Positions 1 to 10,090 of a DNA stretch of 64,000 nt are shown here, in pieces. Both the position numbers and the translations under genes were made by a program. The stretch covers positions 1,152,001 to 1,216,000 of the forward strand of contig CAXXKM010000001.1 in assembly GCA_963664435.2 (NCBI GenBank), given 5' to 3'. The notes beneath the pieces were generated by a model. The model saw only the letters and a program-made list of their open reading frames with translations, made no database searches and was not told the DNA's origin. The DNA is from Longimicrobiales bacterium (GTDB taxonomy: Bacteria > Gemmatimonadota > Gemmatimonadetes > Longimicrobiales > Gaopeijiaceae). Position 1 is the stretch's first letter. Each line of letters begins with the position of its first letter.

Positions 1-595
1 CCAGAGGATGCGCGCCCCCATGGAACATCTGGTAGATGCCCGCCTCCCCCATGTCCATCCGGTCCGCTTCCTGCCAGCCGAACAACTCCGAATAGAAGGC
101 CCAGGCGGCCTCCCAGTCGGTGGTCGCCAGTTCGCGCCAGGAGAACTCGCCGAGCTGGGCCGGCTCGTCGTGCCCGGGCGTCACGTCCGAGGGCTGATAC
201 GCGATGAAGACCGCGTCCAGCGGATCCTTGAGCACGGCCATGCGCCCGACCTGGTCGACATCGACCATCTCGAGAACGCTTCCGCCCAGGCTCTCGGCCT
301 TCGCGGCGCACGCATCAGCGTCCGGCGTCGACACGTAGAGCAGCCAGTGCGGCGGCACGCCCGCGCTCGCGAGATGCTCGGGGAGCTCCATCATCCCGCC
401 GATGGGCACGCCCTCATTCATCCACAAATGGTACGGCGTCTCGCTTTCACTCCACTCGCCCATGCCCCAGCCGATCACCTCGCCGTAGAAGGCGGCTGCG
501 GCTTCGGGGTCGCTGGTGAGCAGTTCGTGCCAGCAGAATCGACCGGTGGGTGTCGTCGTGCTTTCGGAAGGCGCGGTCGCGGTGGTGTCGGACAT
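1..595 (-). CDS. VOC/glyoxalase family protein (two-domain), truncated by window edge
   Basis: Not in the ORF track. Manual translation from ATG 595 (GAGG RBS): MSDTTATAPSESTTTPTGRFCWHELLTSDPEAAAAFYGEVIGW...PPHWLLYV...GEFSWRELATTDWEAAWAFYSELFGW, the duplicated WxEL..D....AFY..(V/L)(I/F)GW VOC pattern. Confidence 0.88.
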   Translation of the reverse strand, partial: MSDTTATAPSESTTTPTGRFCWHELLTSDPEAAAAFYGEVIGWGMGEWSESETPYHLWMNEGVPIGGMMELPEHLASAGVPPHWLLYVSTPDADACAAKAESLGGSVLEMVDVDQVGRMAVLKDPLDAVFIAYQPSDVTPGHDEPAQLGEFSWRELATTDWEAAWAFYSELFGWQEADRMDMGEAGIYQMFHGGAHPL

Positions 596-609
596 GACTT
601 GGATTCCTC

Positions 610-658
610 TCGGGATGTCGGGGATGGATGTCGGGATGTCGGGGATGGATGTCGGGAT
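610..658. repeat. 21-bp tandem repeat, about 2.3 copies (TCGGGATGTCGGGGATGGATG)
   Basis: Exact copies at 610-630 and 631-651, partial copy at 652-658, in the divergent intergenic region. Confidence 0.9.
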
Positions 659-846
659 CGGGAAAGTGGTTTTCGCGCGGCTCGATCGTTGACTCGATTG
701 CCGGGCTCAACAATCTTGCCTCGATCCTCGATCCATTCAACGCCCGCGCGATTCGCGGCGCACACGACATCAGCCGCGAGAGGAGACGGCGCGGGCCGCG
801 ACCCGGCGCGGCGCCACCGCGGCTCAACAGGAAAGGCGACGACTCC

Positions 847-1320
847 ATGACACCCATCCGCGTGGGCGCCGATGCGCCCGATTTCACCGCGTTCGCGCCT
901 CCCGGCAGCGCGAACTTCACGCTCTCCGAGCACCGTGGTCGGCCGACCGTACTCATGTTCGTGCCGCTGGCCTTCACCAGCACATGCACGGCCGAATTCT
1001 GCCACATCGCCGAGAACTGGGGCCAGTGGGGCGAGCTTGGCGCCGACGTTGTCGGCATCAGCGTGGACTCCCCCTTCGTCAACCAGAAGTGGGGCGAGGA
1101 GATGGGCGCACCGTTCCCCATCCTCTCGGACTTCAACAAGGAAGCAGTGAGCGCATACGGGGTTCTGCAGGACGAACTCATCGGGTTGCGCGGCGTGGCC
1201 CGGCGCTCGGTGTTCGTGGTGGACGGAGATGGGCGCGTCACCTACGCCTGGGTGGCGGAGAACCCGGGCGTCCTGCCCCCGTTCGACGAGATCGTGGAGG
1301 CCGTGCAGGCGGTCGCGTGA
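847..1320 (+). CDS. Peroxiredoxin, AhpC/TSA (redoxin) family
   Basis: APDFT, PLAFTSTCTAEFC (PxxxTxxC peroxidatic motif), GISVDS, FPILSDFN, RSVFVVD. Confidence 0.9.
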   Translation: MTPIRVGADAPDFTAFAPPGSANFTLSEHRGRPTVLMFVPLAFTSTCTAEFCHIAENWGQWGELGADVVGISVDSPFVNQKWGEEMGAPFPILSDFNKEAVSAYGVLQDELIGLRGVARRSVFVVDGDGRVTYAWVAENPGVLPPFDEIVEAVQAVA

Positions 1321-1504
1321 CGGCCGCGGACGGGTCGGGAGCCGATGCTCCCGGCGGCTGCCGCCATGCGATTCGTATCGTGGCCTCGATCGGACCCGGC
1401 GTCCTTTCAGCGGTACCGCGTCGCCAGTTGTCCAAGATGACGAGGGTCCCTGCGGCTCACGGCAGGGGTTTGTCCGCAACACAAGCAATTTCCAGGAGAG
1501 GAAG

Positions 1505-2458
1505 ATGACGCTCACACGACGCGACTGGCTCAGGCTCACGGCTGGCGGCGGCGCCGCACTCGCTCTCACCCCCGACCTGCTGGCGTCGCTTGCGCGTCAG
1601 GAGGTCCTGGCCCGGGCCATTCCGGCAACCGGGGAGATGCTGCCGGTGGTGGGCCTCGGCAGTTCCGCCACCTTCTCACGCGTGGCGCGCAGCGAGGACG
1701 TGAGCGCCATCAGCGCCGTGCTGCAGACCTTCGTCGACAACGGCGGCACGGTGTTCGACACCGCTCCCGGCTACGGGGCTTCAGAGCAGGTGGCCGGCGA
1801 CGTCGCCAACGACCTCGGCATCCAGGAGCGGATCTTCTGGGCCACCAAGGTCAACGTCGCGGGACGCGGGGGCGGCTCGGCCGACCCGGCGGCGGCGCGC
1901 GCGCAGATCGAGCGCTCCTTCGACCGCTTCCAGCTGCCGGTCATCGACCTGATCCAGGTCCACAACCTGGGCGACCCGCCCACCCAGATCGGCATCCTCA
2001 AGGAAGAGAAGGCGGCGGGCCGGGTGCGCTACATCGGCATCACCAGCACCAGCGAGCGGCGCTATCCGGACCTCGCGGCGGTCATGCGCAACGAGCCCAT
2101 CGACTTCATCGGGGTGGACTACGCGGTCGACAACCGCGCTTCGGCCGACATGATCCTGCCGCTCGCGCAGGAGCTGGACATCGGCGTGCTCGTGTACGCC
2201 CCCTTCGGCCGCACCCGCCTCTGGAACCGCGTCAGCGGACGCGACGTGCCGGAGTGGGCCGGCGAGTTCGACGCCCACAGCTGGGCGCAGTTCTTCCTCA
2301 AGTTCGTGGTGGCGCACCCGGCGGTGACCGTGGTCACCCCCGCCACCAGCCGCCCCGAGCACATGATCGACAACCTGGGCGGCGGCATGGGCCGGCTCCC
2401 GGACGAGAGCCAGCTCGAGCGCATGGTCCAGCTCGTGGAGGATCTGCCGCCGGCCTGA
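1505..2458 (+). CDS. Aldo/keto reductase with Tat-like N-terminus
   Basis: TRRDWL twin-Arg; FDTAPGYG, ATKV, DLIQVHN, GRVRYIGI; GGAGAGG RBS upstream. Confidence 0.9.
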   Translation: MTLTRRDWLRLTAGGGAALALTPDLLASLARQEVLARAIPATGEMLPVVGLGSSATFSRVARSEDVSAISAVLQTFVDNGGTVFDTAPGYGASEQVAGDVANDLGIQERIFWATKVNVAGRGGGSADPAAARAQIERSFDRFQLPVIDLIQVHNLGDPPTQIGILKEEKAAGRVRYIGITSTSERRYPDLAAVMRNEPIDFIGVDYAVDNRASADMILPLAQELDIGVLVYAPFGRTRLWNRVSGRDVPEWAGEFDAHSWAQFFLKFVVAHPAVTVVTPATSRPEHMIDNLGGGMGRLPDESQLERMVQLVEDLPPA

Positions 2459-2932
2459 CGGGGGTAGGAGTCGCAGGCGGGGGAGCGCACAATTCCCTGC
2501 GAAATCCTCGTGCAGCGACCGCAGCCCGGCGTTCCTCGCGCCGGCTGCGGTCGCTGGTGCGCCCTCTGCCAGGTAGGACGCCAGTAGGTGACTGGTTGAC
2601 CTCGGTTCCAACGCTCTTTCTCAGTGCCACAAACTCAAAGAGCCGCGGGGTGGCCGTAGCGTGCTGCCGGTCCAGTGCCGGGGATGCCGTCGCGCCCGAG
2701 CTGGACGACCTCGGAGAACCGCTCTCCGCCTTGCATGCGGACCACCCTGGCGAGGCCGCCCCAGCAGTGGATGTCCCCGCCGGCGGCGAGGCCGTTTTAG
2801 CCATGGATTCGCCCGGCCATCCTGCCGATCGTCATGTTCAACGGGATTTCACCCGGAATTGCGGCGGCCGAACGTGGCTGACTCGATCATGGTGGTCTCC
2901 CACCCAAGCTGCGGGAAAACGGGATCCATCAT

Positions 2933-3031
2933 ATGAGTCGACGCGGAAAGCTACTGCAGAGGTATCAGGTACGGCAGGTCCGTGGCGTTATTCTGAAATA
3001 CAATCTTGGGGACAACCTGGATGATGCATAA
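2933..3031 (+). pseudogene. hicA: HicA-family toxin remnant (internally deleted, 32 aa)
   Basis: MSRRGKLLQRYQVRQVRGVILKYNLGDNLDDA* joins a HicA-like N-terminus directly to the YQVxQVR.I.KY.LG C-terminus; its stop overlaps the hicB start. Confidence 0.7.
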
Positions 3032-3236
3032 GTACGAGATCATTCTGTATTGGAGCCGGACCGACGGCGCGTTTGTGGCCGAGGTCCCCGAGTTGCCTGG
3101 CTGCATGGCCCACGGAGGCACACAGCAAGTCGCTCTCCGGAACATCACGAGCGCGATGGATCTCTGGATCGATACCGCAAGGGAACACGGAGATCCGATA
3201 CCGGAACCCAGGGAAAAGCGTCTAATGCCGGCGTAA
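3024..3236 (+). CDS. hicB: HicB-family antitoxin
   Basis: KYEIILYWS..DGAFVAEVPELPGCMAHGGT...AL.N...AMDLWI......G.PIPEP. Confidence 0.92.
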   Translation: MHKYEIILYWSRTDGAFVAEVPELPGCMAHGGTQQVALRNITSAMDLWIDTAREHGDPIPEPREKRLMPA

Positions 3237-3263
3237 GCAAGCGTCCGGCGACCGGCAATTACG

Positions 3264-5423
3264 CTACCCCTCCGGCCTCACGATCTCGTACTGCGGCGGC
3301 GGCTCCGCCCCCAGCAGGTGGCGCACGAAGTAGTCCCACCGGCGGCGGATGAAGTAGGGCTCGTTGAGGCCGTGAGCGCGGTCCGGAGCCCAGATCAGGT
3401 CGAAGTCGCGGTTGGCCTTGATGAGCTCGTCGATCACCTGGACCGTCATCGCGGGGTGGACGTTGTCGTCCATGTCGCCGTGCATCAGCAGCAGCTTCCC
3501 CTCCAGGTTCGCGGCGTAGGTCTTGTTCGCTGAAGCCTCGAAGTTGTCGGTGCCGGTCGAGTCCTCTTCCATGACGCCCTGGTACTTCTCTGCCCAGTAG
3601 ATGTTGTAGCTGCGGTTGTCGTGGTTGCCGGCCCCTGACACCGCCACCTTGAAGAAGTCGGGATAACGCAGGATGGCATCCGTGGAGGCGAACCCGCCGC
3701 CCGAGTGCCCGTAGATGCCCACCCGGTCCAGGTCGATGAAGGGGTGGCGCGCCGCGAGCTGCCGGATCACGGCGATGTGATCGGGGATGCCGTTGTCGAT
3801 GAAGTTGCCGTAGTAGTTGTCGTGGAAGGCCTTGGAGCGGTGCGGCGTCCCCATGTGGTCGATCTGCACCACCACGAAGCCGAGCTGCGCCAGCGCGAAG
3901 TTCTCGCCGCCGCCCTTGAACTCCCAGTCCCCGACGCTGCCCCGCTGGGGCTCGGGGTAGATGTGCGAGATGATCGGGTACTTCGCGTTCTCGTCCAGGT
4001 CGGGTGGGAGATGGAGGATGCCGTACAGGTCGGTGATTCCGTCGCGCGCCTTGGCCGTGAAGACCTCACCCGGGATGAAGCCGATCTCCTCGATGGCGGA
4101 GATGTCCGCCCGCTCAAGTTCGCGCACGACGCGGCCGTCGGCTACGGTCCGCAGGACGGTGACAGGCTCCCCTTCAACGCGCGAGTACGTGTCCACGAAA
4201 TAGGCGCCGCCGGGCGAGAACTCGACGATGTGGTTGGCGTCCTCCGGGGTGAGCAGCGTCAGCCCCGAGCCGTCGAAGCCGACCCGGTACAGGTGCGCGT
4301 AGTACGGGTTTCGCCCCGGCTCGCGGCCGCGCGCGGTGAAGTAGATGCGCTGCCGCGCCTCGTCGACGAAGACGGCCTGGCCGACCGTCCATGGGCCGGA
4401 GGTGATGCGGTTCCTGAGGTTGCCCTGCCCGTCGAAGCGGTAGAGGTGGGCCCAGCCGTCGCGCTCCGACCACCAGATCACGTCGTCGCCGCTCTCCGAG
4501 ACGTACCAGGACGGAGTGCCCCCGCTCGATCCCCCGCCCCGGTGACCGAGCGACACGAAGGTGCGTGTGGAGTCGCCCAGGATGACCCGTGAAGCCCCGG
4601 TCGCCGGGTCGATCTCGGCCAGGAACACGCGCTGTGAGCCGCGGGTGAAGTAGTTGACGTGCAGACGGGCGCCGTCGGCGCTCCAGGCCGAGTCCGGGGC
4701 CGAGCCGGCGAATGAGAGCTGATGGGGCGTGGGCGCCACATCGACCCGGCGATTGGCGGCGGCGCGCAGGGCGGGGACGTTCCCGTCGGCCATCTCGCCC
4801 TCCTCAAGCTCCACGATATGCACGGTGGGCAGCGGGATCACCGAGTCGCCGGGCAGCGCGTACGGCTGGGAGAAGTGCCGCGGCCGCTGCGAAGTGTACG
4901 AAACGTAGTGCATGTGCTCGACGTTGCGTTCATCCCGGCGCGCCACCGCGATGTAGCGCGAGTCCGGCGACCAGGCCAGCGTGGGGGTACGCGGCCCCGG
5001 CCCCTCCCGCTGCTGGTTGGGGCGTGGCTCGTTGTAGCCGTAGGCGTAGTGCTTCTCGCCGTCCGTGGTGAGCTGGATCGAGTCGCCGCCCCCCGCCGGG
5101 CGCACGTAAAGATCATACTCGTGCGAGAAGGCTTCCCAGCGCCCGTCGGGGGACTCCACGAAGGGCAGCCGCGAAGGGAGCGTGTCCGCCACGACGCACG
5201 AGTAGCCCGCGATGTCGCAGGTGAAGCGCCGGCTGTTGGCCGTGAACTCGATTTCGCTCTCGCCCGCGCCGAAGCTGAAGGTGCTGAAGGGCAGCTGGTC
5301 CGGGACGTAGGCGGTGTCGTTCGCGAGCGACATCGCCCCGGCCAGGCGGTAGTGGTCGAAGAGCGGTTCGCGGCTGGCCGCGGCCGGGTTCACCATCACG
5401 AACTCGTAGCCCGACCCCGTGTT
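3264..5423 (-). pseudogene. S9B (DPP-IV-like) peptidase, 3' part, separated from its N-terminus by the integrated element
   Basis: DPP-IV N-terminal propeller plus GIYGHSGGG / DDNVH / RAHG catalytic motifs; no signal peptide; in-frame TGA 8 codons upstream of the core, inside the element. Confidence 0.92.
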
Positions 5424-5432
5424 GTTGCGGTA
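5424..5432. repeat. att core (left copy) GTTGCGGTA
   Basis: Identical to 14298-14306; reads TAC CGC AAC (YRN) on the minus strand, in frame with the 3' peptidase part. Confidence 0.92.
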
Positions 5433-6042
5433 GCGGATCCCCAGAGGCCAGAATCACGGCAGAAGATCGTCTAACTACTTACAGGACTGCACGATCTGCG
5501 TTTTTGCCGTTGGGCCGCATCCGCTCCCGTCGTCCAGAAACAGCGGGGAAATCGCCTCAAATCGCGGGAATCTCGTTCGACACACGGCCCTTCCCATCGC
5601 GGCCTCTTCAGAGCCGCAAGCAAGGTAACCACAGGTCACCAATCGGATCGACTCGGGTCATCCCCTCGGCCATTGCACCCGCACACGCTACCAAGGCCAC
5701 CCGTGGCCGGTGCTGTTATCGTACAAGGATCCCGTACGATGCGAGCGAGACCTGCCCGAGAGCGGTGGCCCAGCATGTACTGTCCCGGCGGAGTGGCGGC
5801 GGGTGTGAATCCCGGCATGACCGCTTCCCACGCATGCGCCAAGACGGGTCCGAGCACCGCAAGCTCCGGGTGGTTGGGCTTCTACGCCTGTCAATTACGC
5901 GCGTGGAATGGCGAAACTGGCGCGCCCGAACGCGAGGACTTACGGTTCAGGAGGCGAAAGCAACACCCACAGGCACACGTTCCGAGAAGGAACAGCGCCG
6001 ATCCCGTCCAACGATCTTTACACGACTTGGAAGAGTCACGGC

Positions 6043-6555
6043 ATGAAGAGGAAACACGTTCTGGTGGTGTTTGCGATCTGGTTCGTGGGCGCGCTCATCG
6101 CCATCACGCCCTACCCCGCGCCTGTCCCGCAGGAGCAGGAGTGCTACGAGGTCGGAGAGATCGAGTGCGTCAACACATCGGCGGGCTGGGTCGCGACGTG
6201 GCCCGCCAGCCAAGAGTTTCGGGACCATATGATCGAGACCATCGACCTGCTTGAACTGTCGGGCGACTTGAACTGGCAGCAGCAGGAATTCTGCGTCCCG
6301 ATCCTCAACAACGTGAAGGGTGAGTTCCGGTCCCAAGTGCTCACCGGCCTGGGCATCTACGAGTTCAACATGTCGCACTACCACGAGGGGGTCCAACTCC
6401 AAGGACGCCACGCGCCCGGACACGGCCACCCGCACTACATGTTCAACCGCGGGCGTTGGGGCCTGATGGGGACCCTCATGATGCACGAAGTCGCGCACCA
6501 CCGGGGCCTCACCCATTCCAGCGCGAACACCGCTGAAACGTGCCTCGACCTGTAA
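6043..6555 (+). CDS. Small secreted putative zinc metalloprotein (HExxHxxGxxH)
   Basis: Hydrophobic signal-like N-terminus MKRKHVLVVFAIWFVGALIA; C-terminal HEVAHHRGLTH; 4 Cys. Confidence 0.7.
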   Translation: MKRKHVLVVFAIWFVGALIAITPYPAPVPQEQECYEVGEIECVNTSAGWVATWPASQEFRDHMIETIDLLELSGDLNWQQQEFCVPILNNVKGEFRSQVLTGLGIYEFNMSHYHEGVQLQGRHAPGHGHPHYMFNRGRWGLMGTLMMHEVAHHRGLTHSSANTAETCLDL

Positions 6556-6571
6556 GGATGGAGGAGAGACG

Positions 6572-7099
6572 ATGAGACACGCACTACTCGCAACGACACT
6601 GATGCTCGCTCTCGCGGCCTGCACGGACCAAGCCGGCATGATGGACGCCGAGTTTTCCCAGGAGGATGTCTCCGGGGCCGCGCTCGATCGCGCGCCCCAA
6701 GCGGCCACCATGAAGGAGGACGAGCGTCACCCGCTGATGCTCGCGATCCTCGACAAGCTGCTCGCCGAGCACCCGGACGCCGCCGGCGGGCGCGTCAACC
6801 TAGACGGCATGTTCGGGGGCGCGTACGTGGGCGAGACCGTCACCCGTGCCGGCCAGAGCTTCGAGCGGGTTTCCGCTGGCACGAAGGTGGAGAAGGGCAC
6901 CTACACGATCACGTTCCAGGACCTCAAGATGACGGCGACCAACGAGGCCGTGATGGGCGTCGGGCTGCTCCACGCGGACGAGAACGGGAGCGTGTTGGAC
7001 CACGTGTACGAGGTTCTACTCGTGCGCGACGACGACGACATATGGACGGCCGACCTCACGTACAAGGGACACTTCGACGGGGTACTCGAGGGAAGCTGA
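6572..7099 (+). CDS. Hypothetical lipoprotein
   Basis: GGAGGAG RBS; lipobox MRHALLATTLMLALAAC; 16 bp after the previous stop. Confidence 0.8.
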   Translation: MRHALLATTLMLALAACTDQAGMMDAEFSQEDVSGAALDRAPQAATMKEDERHPLMLAILDKLLAEHPDAAGGRVNLDGMFGGAYVGETVTRAGQSFERVSAGTKVEKGTYTITFQDLKMTATNEAVMGVGLLHADENGSVLDHVYEVLLVRDDDDIWTADLTYKGHFDGVLEGS

Positions 7100-7619
7100 C
7101 CCGCATTTCCCGCACCAGAGCAATCTGTGACCGCGACCGACAGGCAACGCGAGCGCGGAGGACTGGTGCCCGTGTGTGCTACATCGCGTCGCACGATCTG
7201 AACCGTTGCGGCCGGTAGCCGCTCTCAACAGCAGGCCATCGGTCCTCTGCTCTTTGGGCGGGAACACAGCACCTATGCAGAAGGCGCCGTAGAACAGCGT
7301 CCCCGTTCTCCCTTGAACTGAATCTCCAGCGCGTCCTCCAGCCCCCGACCGGACGGTTACGAGCGGCGGCCCGTCCCCAGCGCCTCGACACGGGCCAGGC
7401 GGTCGCAGGAATAGGAAGCGAGGAGCGACGCCAGTCGTTCAAGCTAATCGCCGAGCGGGCCGACCGGGTAGCAAGAACCGGTCGCTGAAGGACCACACCC
7501 GATTCTCCAAGGTCTTCGGGGCCATGACGGATTTCCGGCTGGCTTACAAAGCGCCCGCCTGAGGGGCGCGGGCGGCCCGCCGAGACATTGCGGGGGTGTT
7601 TTCCGCCCCGTTGGCGACG

Positions 7620-7821
7620 GCCGGTGTCGAAGCCCCGGAGTTCAGGGCCCGGGCAATCTGGTTAAGGTTCACGCCGATCCGGCGGAGTTCGACGCGCTCC
7701 CATGCACCGAGATGCGTGCCGCCGCGGCCCGCTCGGCGATCTCGGCGGCTTCCGCGGTCGTTGCGCGCACGCCGATCATGCGCGTCTTGCGCTCGGCTTC
7801 GGGCTTCTGGGGACGGGCCAA
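7620..7821 (-). pseudogene. mobC: mobC (relaxosome accessory) remnant, internally deleted/frameshifted
   Basis: AAGGAGG RBS + TTG; ARPQKPEAERKTRMIGVRATTAEAAEIAERAAAARISV in one frame and ELRRIGVNLNQIARALNSG (MobC motif) in another. Confidence 0.8.
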
Positions 7822-8010
7822 GTCGGACGGCCTCCTTGGGTGGCTCGCGGAATGTTGTTGCGGGCTCCGGGGGATTACCCCCGGCCAGAGGTTTTCGAGA
7901 AACGAAAAACACATCTTTTCGGCTTTCCGGCATCGGAACCCAGAGTCTTGCGGTGTGCCACCCGTCCCCATAGCGTCAAGGACCTCACCCAAACGAAGAG
8001 GAGGCATAGC

Positions 8011-8523
8011 ATGAAGACGCGTGTATCGATCCCGTGGCTGGTTGCGGTGGTCGCGCTTGCGGCATGTGACGGGTCCACGCGACCGGATGGGCAGCAGCCT
8101 GATAGTGTGGAACCACCAGGGTGGCCGCTGAAGGTTGGCGACAGGGTGGGCGAGGTGACGCGCTCGAGGTTAAAGCGCGAGTTCGGCACCATCGTCCTGC
8201 ATCACCAGTTCGTGAAGAGACCTGCCGAATACACACATCCGAATCAGGAGCGTTACGGGTTCGCCGAGTTCGAGATCATGTACGAGGAGACCGGCGGACT
8301 GACTGAGGGCGAGGACAACGCGCTGTATGCGTGTGAGGATCCACCGGCACCTTCCGCCAACGGGACCATCTCGATCGACCAAGAAGACGGCGATTCCGAC
8401 GAGATCGAGCCTTGGAAGACGGTGGACGGCGCTTACAAGTTCTCGTTTGCGGCGAGCGTTCGGTGCGACCCCGACAAGCGCTACAGAATGCTGTATGTGT
8501 ACCGGGGGCACGTCCGTCCGTGA
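8011..8523 (+). CDS. Hypothetical lipoprotein
   Basis: GAGGAGG RBS; lipobox MKTRVSIPWLVAVVALAAC; acidic C-terminal half. Confidence 0.78.
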   Translation: MKTRVSIPWLVAVVALAACDGSTRPDGQQPDSVEPPGWPLKVGDRVGEVTRSRLKREFGTIVLHHQFVKRPAEYTHPNQERYGFAEFEIMYEETGGLTEGEDNALYACEDPPAPSANGTISIDQEDGDSDEIEPWKTVDGAYKFSFAASVRCDPDKRYRMLYVYRGHVRP

Positions 8524-8987
8524 GGATGGTCGTCGGATGCCTGTGTGCATTCGTCCTGTCCGCGTTCGCGCCGGTGTCTCAAAGCGAAGAGATCGAAAAG
8601 GAATTCGAGAAGAAATGGAGGTGGAACGGCACCGGTCGGTTGTGGACGGACACCGAGCTCGGCTTCTGGAGCCAGCGCCTCCGATTCCTCGATTGGGACG
8701 CGACCACCGAGTGCCAAAACCACCGCAACGCGATGGTGAGCCTCTACAACGGCGGTCACGATTTGGGATGGGCCAGCCCCAGGGGCAACCGCGGTGGCAC
8801 GCACTTCTGGCGTGGCCAAGAGGATTGGATCATCATCTCGCCAAAGGGCTTCGGCGGTCGCCAGAACGACGATGTGGTCAGATCCATGGTACACGAAGCG
8901 GCACACCATTTTGCCGGGCCACAGGCTGGACATAGCCAAGACTGGCAGGAAATCGTCGATTGTGTCCTGTCTTATTCGGGAGCGTGA
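8520..8987 (+). CDS. Small secreted SprT-like HExxH zinc protein
   Basis: GTGA overlap with the upstream stop (alternative ATG 8526); signal-like N-terminus; MVHEAAHHFAGPQAGHSQDW resembles the SprT-type HExxH...GH..W motif. Confidence 0.7.
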   Translation: MRMVVGCLCAFVLSAFAPVSQSEEIEKEFEKKWRWNGTGRLWTDTELGFWSQRLRFLDWDATTECQNHRNAMVSLYNGGHDLGWASPRGNRGGTHFWRGQEDWIIISPKGFGGRQNDDVVRSMVHEAAHHFAGPQAGHSQDWQEIVDCVLSYSGA

Positions 8988-9529
8988 CTTCTAGTTGCCT
9001 TCGGGTTGATCGCGTTGACGGCGTGCGGTTCGTGACAACGCCTCCTCACTCGGTCGTCCCGCGGCCCAAGACCTTCGCTCTTGGATTCGGTAGAAACCCG
9101 GACAGGACAGACGGCGTAATGGTTCCTTGGCCGGTTCCTCCCAAATCCGATCTTCCGTCCTGAGGTGTTGCGGACTTGAAGCGCGCTCGCCAGTGCCCCG
9201 GAGTTCCGACTTGCAACCGTACTGGAGTGCGAGAACGACACGGGGGGTCGATGTGCATTTTGGCATTCCAGCGATGCGCACGGACGTTCGCGCCTATCCG
9301 CATGCGCAACAGCGTCCTTGCGGCCTCGCCGCCCCGTTCGCCTGTGGCGTAAGGGGCGCTCGGGCCGTGACGCTAGTCTCCATGTCAAGTGGACGCCAGT
9401 TTTTCTCGAAGCGACCTGCCTCGCAGCGCCCCTCGCGACGCTTCCGCTTCGGTGCTCATTCTGGCCCGGCTCGATCATCTGTGAACGCTCCCCGCCGGGC
9501 TGGGCGTTGGGAATGGCCGGGCAGGAGTA

Positions 9530-10090
9530 TTCGCCCGGACGATGCGCCGTCCAAGTGCGGTCCTGCTGCACTAGAGGGCATTGGCGAGGATGAGGAGTCT
9601 CCGCATCATGGCCGTCAGGGCGACCTTCGGCGGCTTCCCTCGGGCCACGAGCGCTTCCTACTTCCGCTTGACGTCGGGAATATGGCGGACGACAACTATC
9701 GCGGGCATGTAGAGGAGCCTGCGCACCCGGTGCCTGCCGCCCTGGATGAAGCCGCGTCTCTTCCAGTATCCAGACACTTGGGTTGACCGGGGCCAGCCCG
9801 GCGAGGCTGGCGGCTCGGGCACCGGTGAGTGCCCAGGTACGGCAAGTGGACGATCAGTCCCTCGGCGGTGGCGTCCGAGATCGAGCCGCCCGCCGGATCT
9901 CGGCGTCTATGAACTTCATCCGGGCGCTCGATCTGCCTCAGCCTCTTTCGACGGCAGCTGCCATGGTGGCCAGCATCCGGGCGTCCACCGCGTCGGTCTT
10001 GGCGCGTCGGTCATGAGAGCGGGCGAAGGACCGGACTCGGAAGGGGTCGATCACGTAGAGGGGGAGTCCGGAGTCCCAAACGGCGGAGGA
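9530..10090 (-). pseudogene. IS110-family transposase relic
   Basis: Fragments GLPLYVIDPFRVRSFARSHDRRAKTDAVDARMLA, AASLAGLAPV, SGYWKRRGFIQGGRHRVRRLLYMPA, GKPPKVALTAMMRRLLILANAL; in-frame TAG at 9660-9658, frameshifts, central part missing. Confidence 0.88.

Noticed and set aside
8..850. 280-aa plus-strand ORF
   Set aside because: Antisense to the recognisable VOC gene
2635..2800. Minus-strand fragment GLAAGGDIHCWG...GERFSEV resembling an RCC1-like repeat
   Set aside because: Too short, no start codon, similarity could be chance
7538..7546. CTGGCTTA matching the ColE1 nic core
   Set aside because: 8-bp match 3.5 kb from the active mob cassette, without the ColE1 flanking context; plausible by chance
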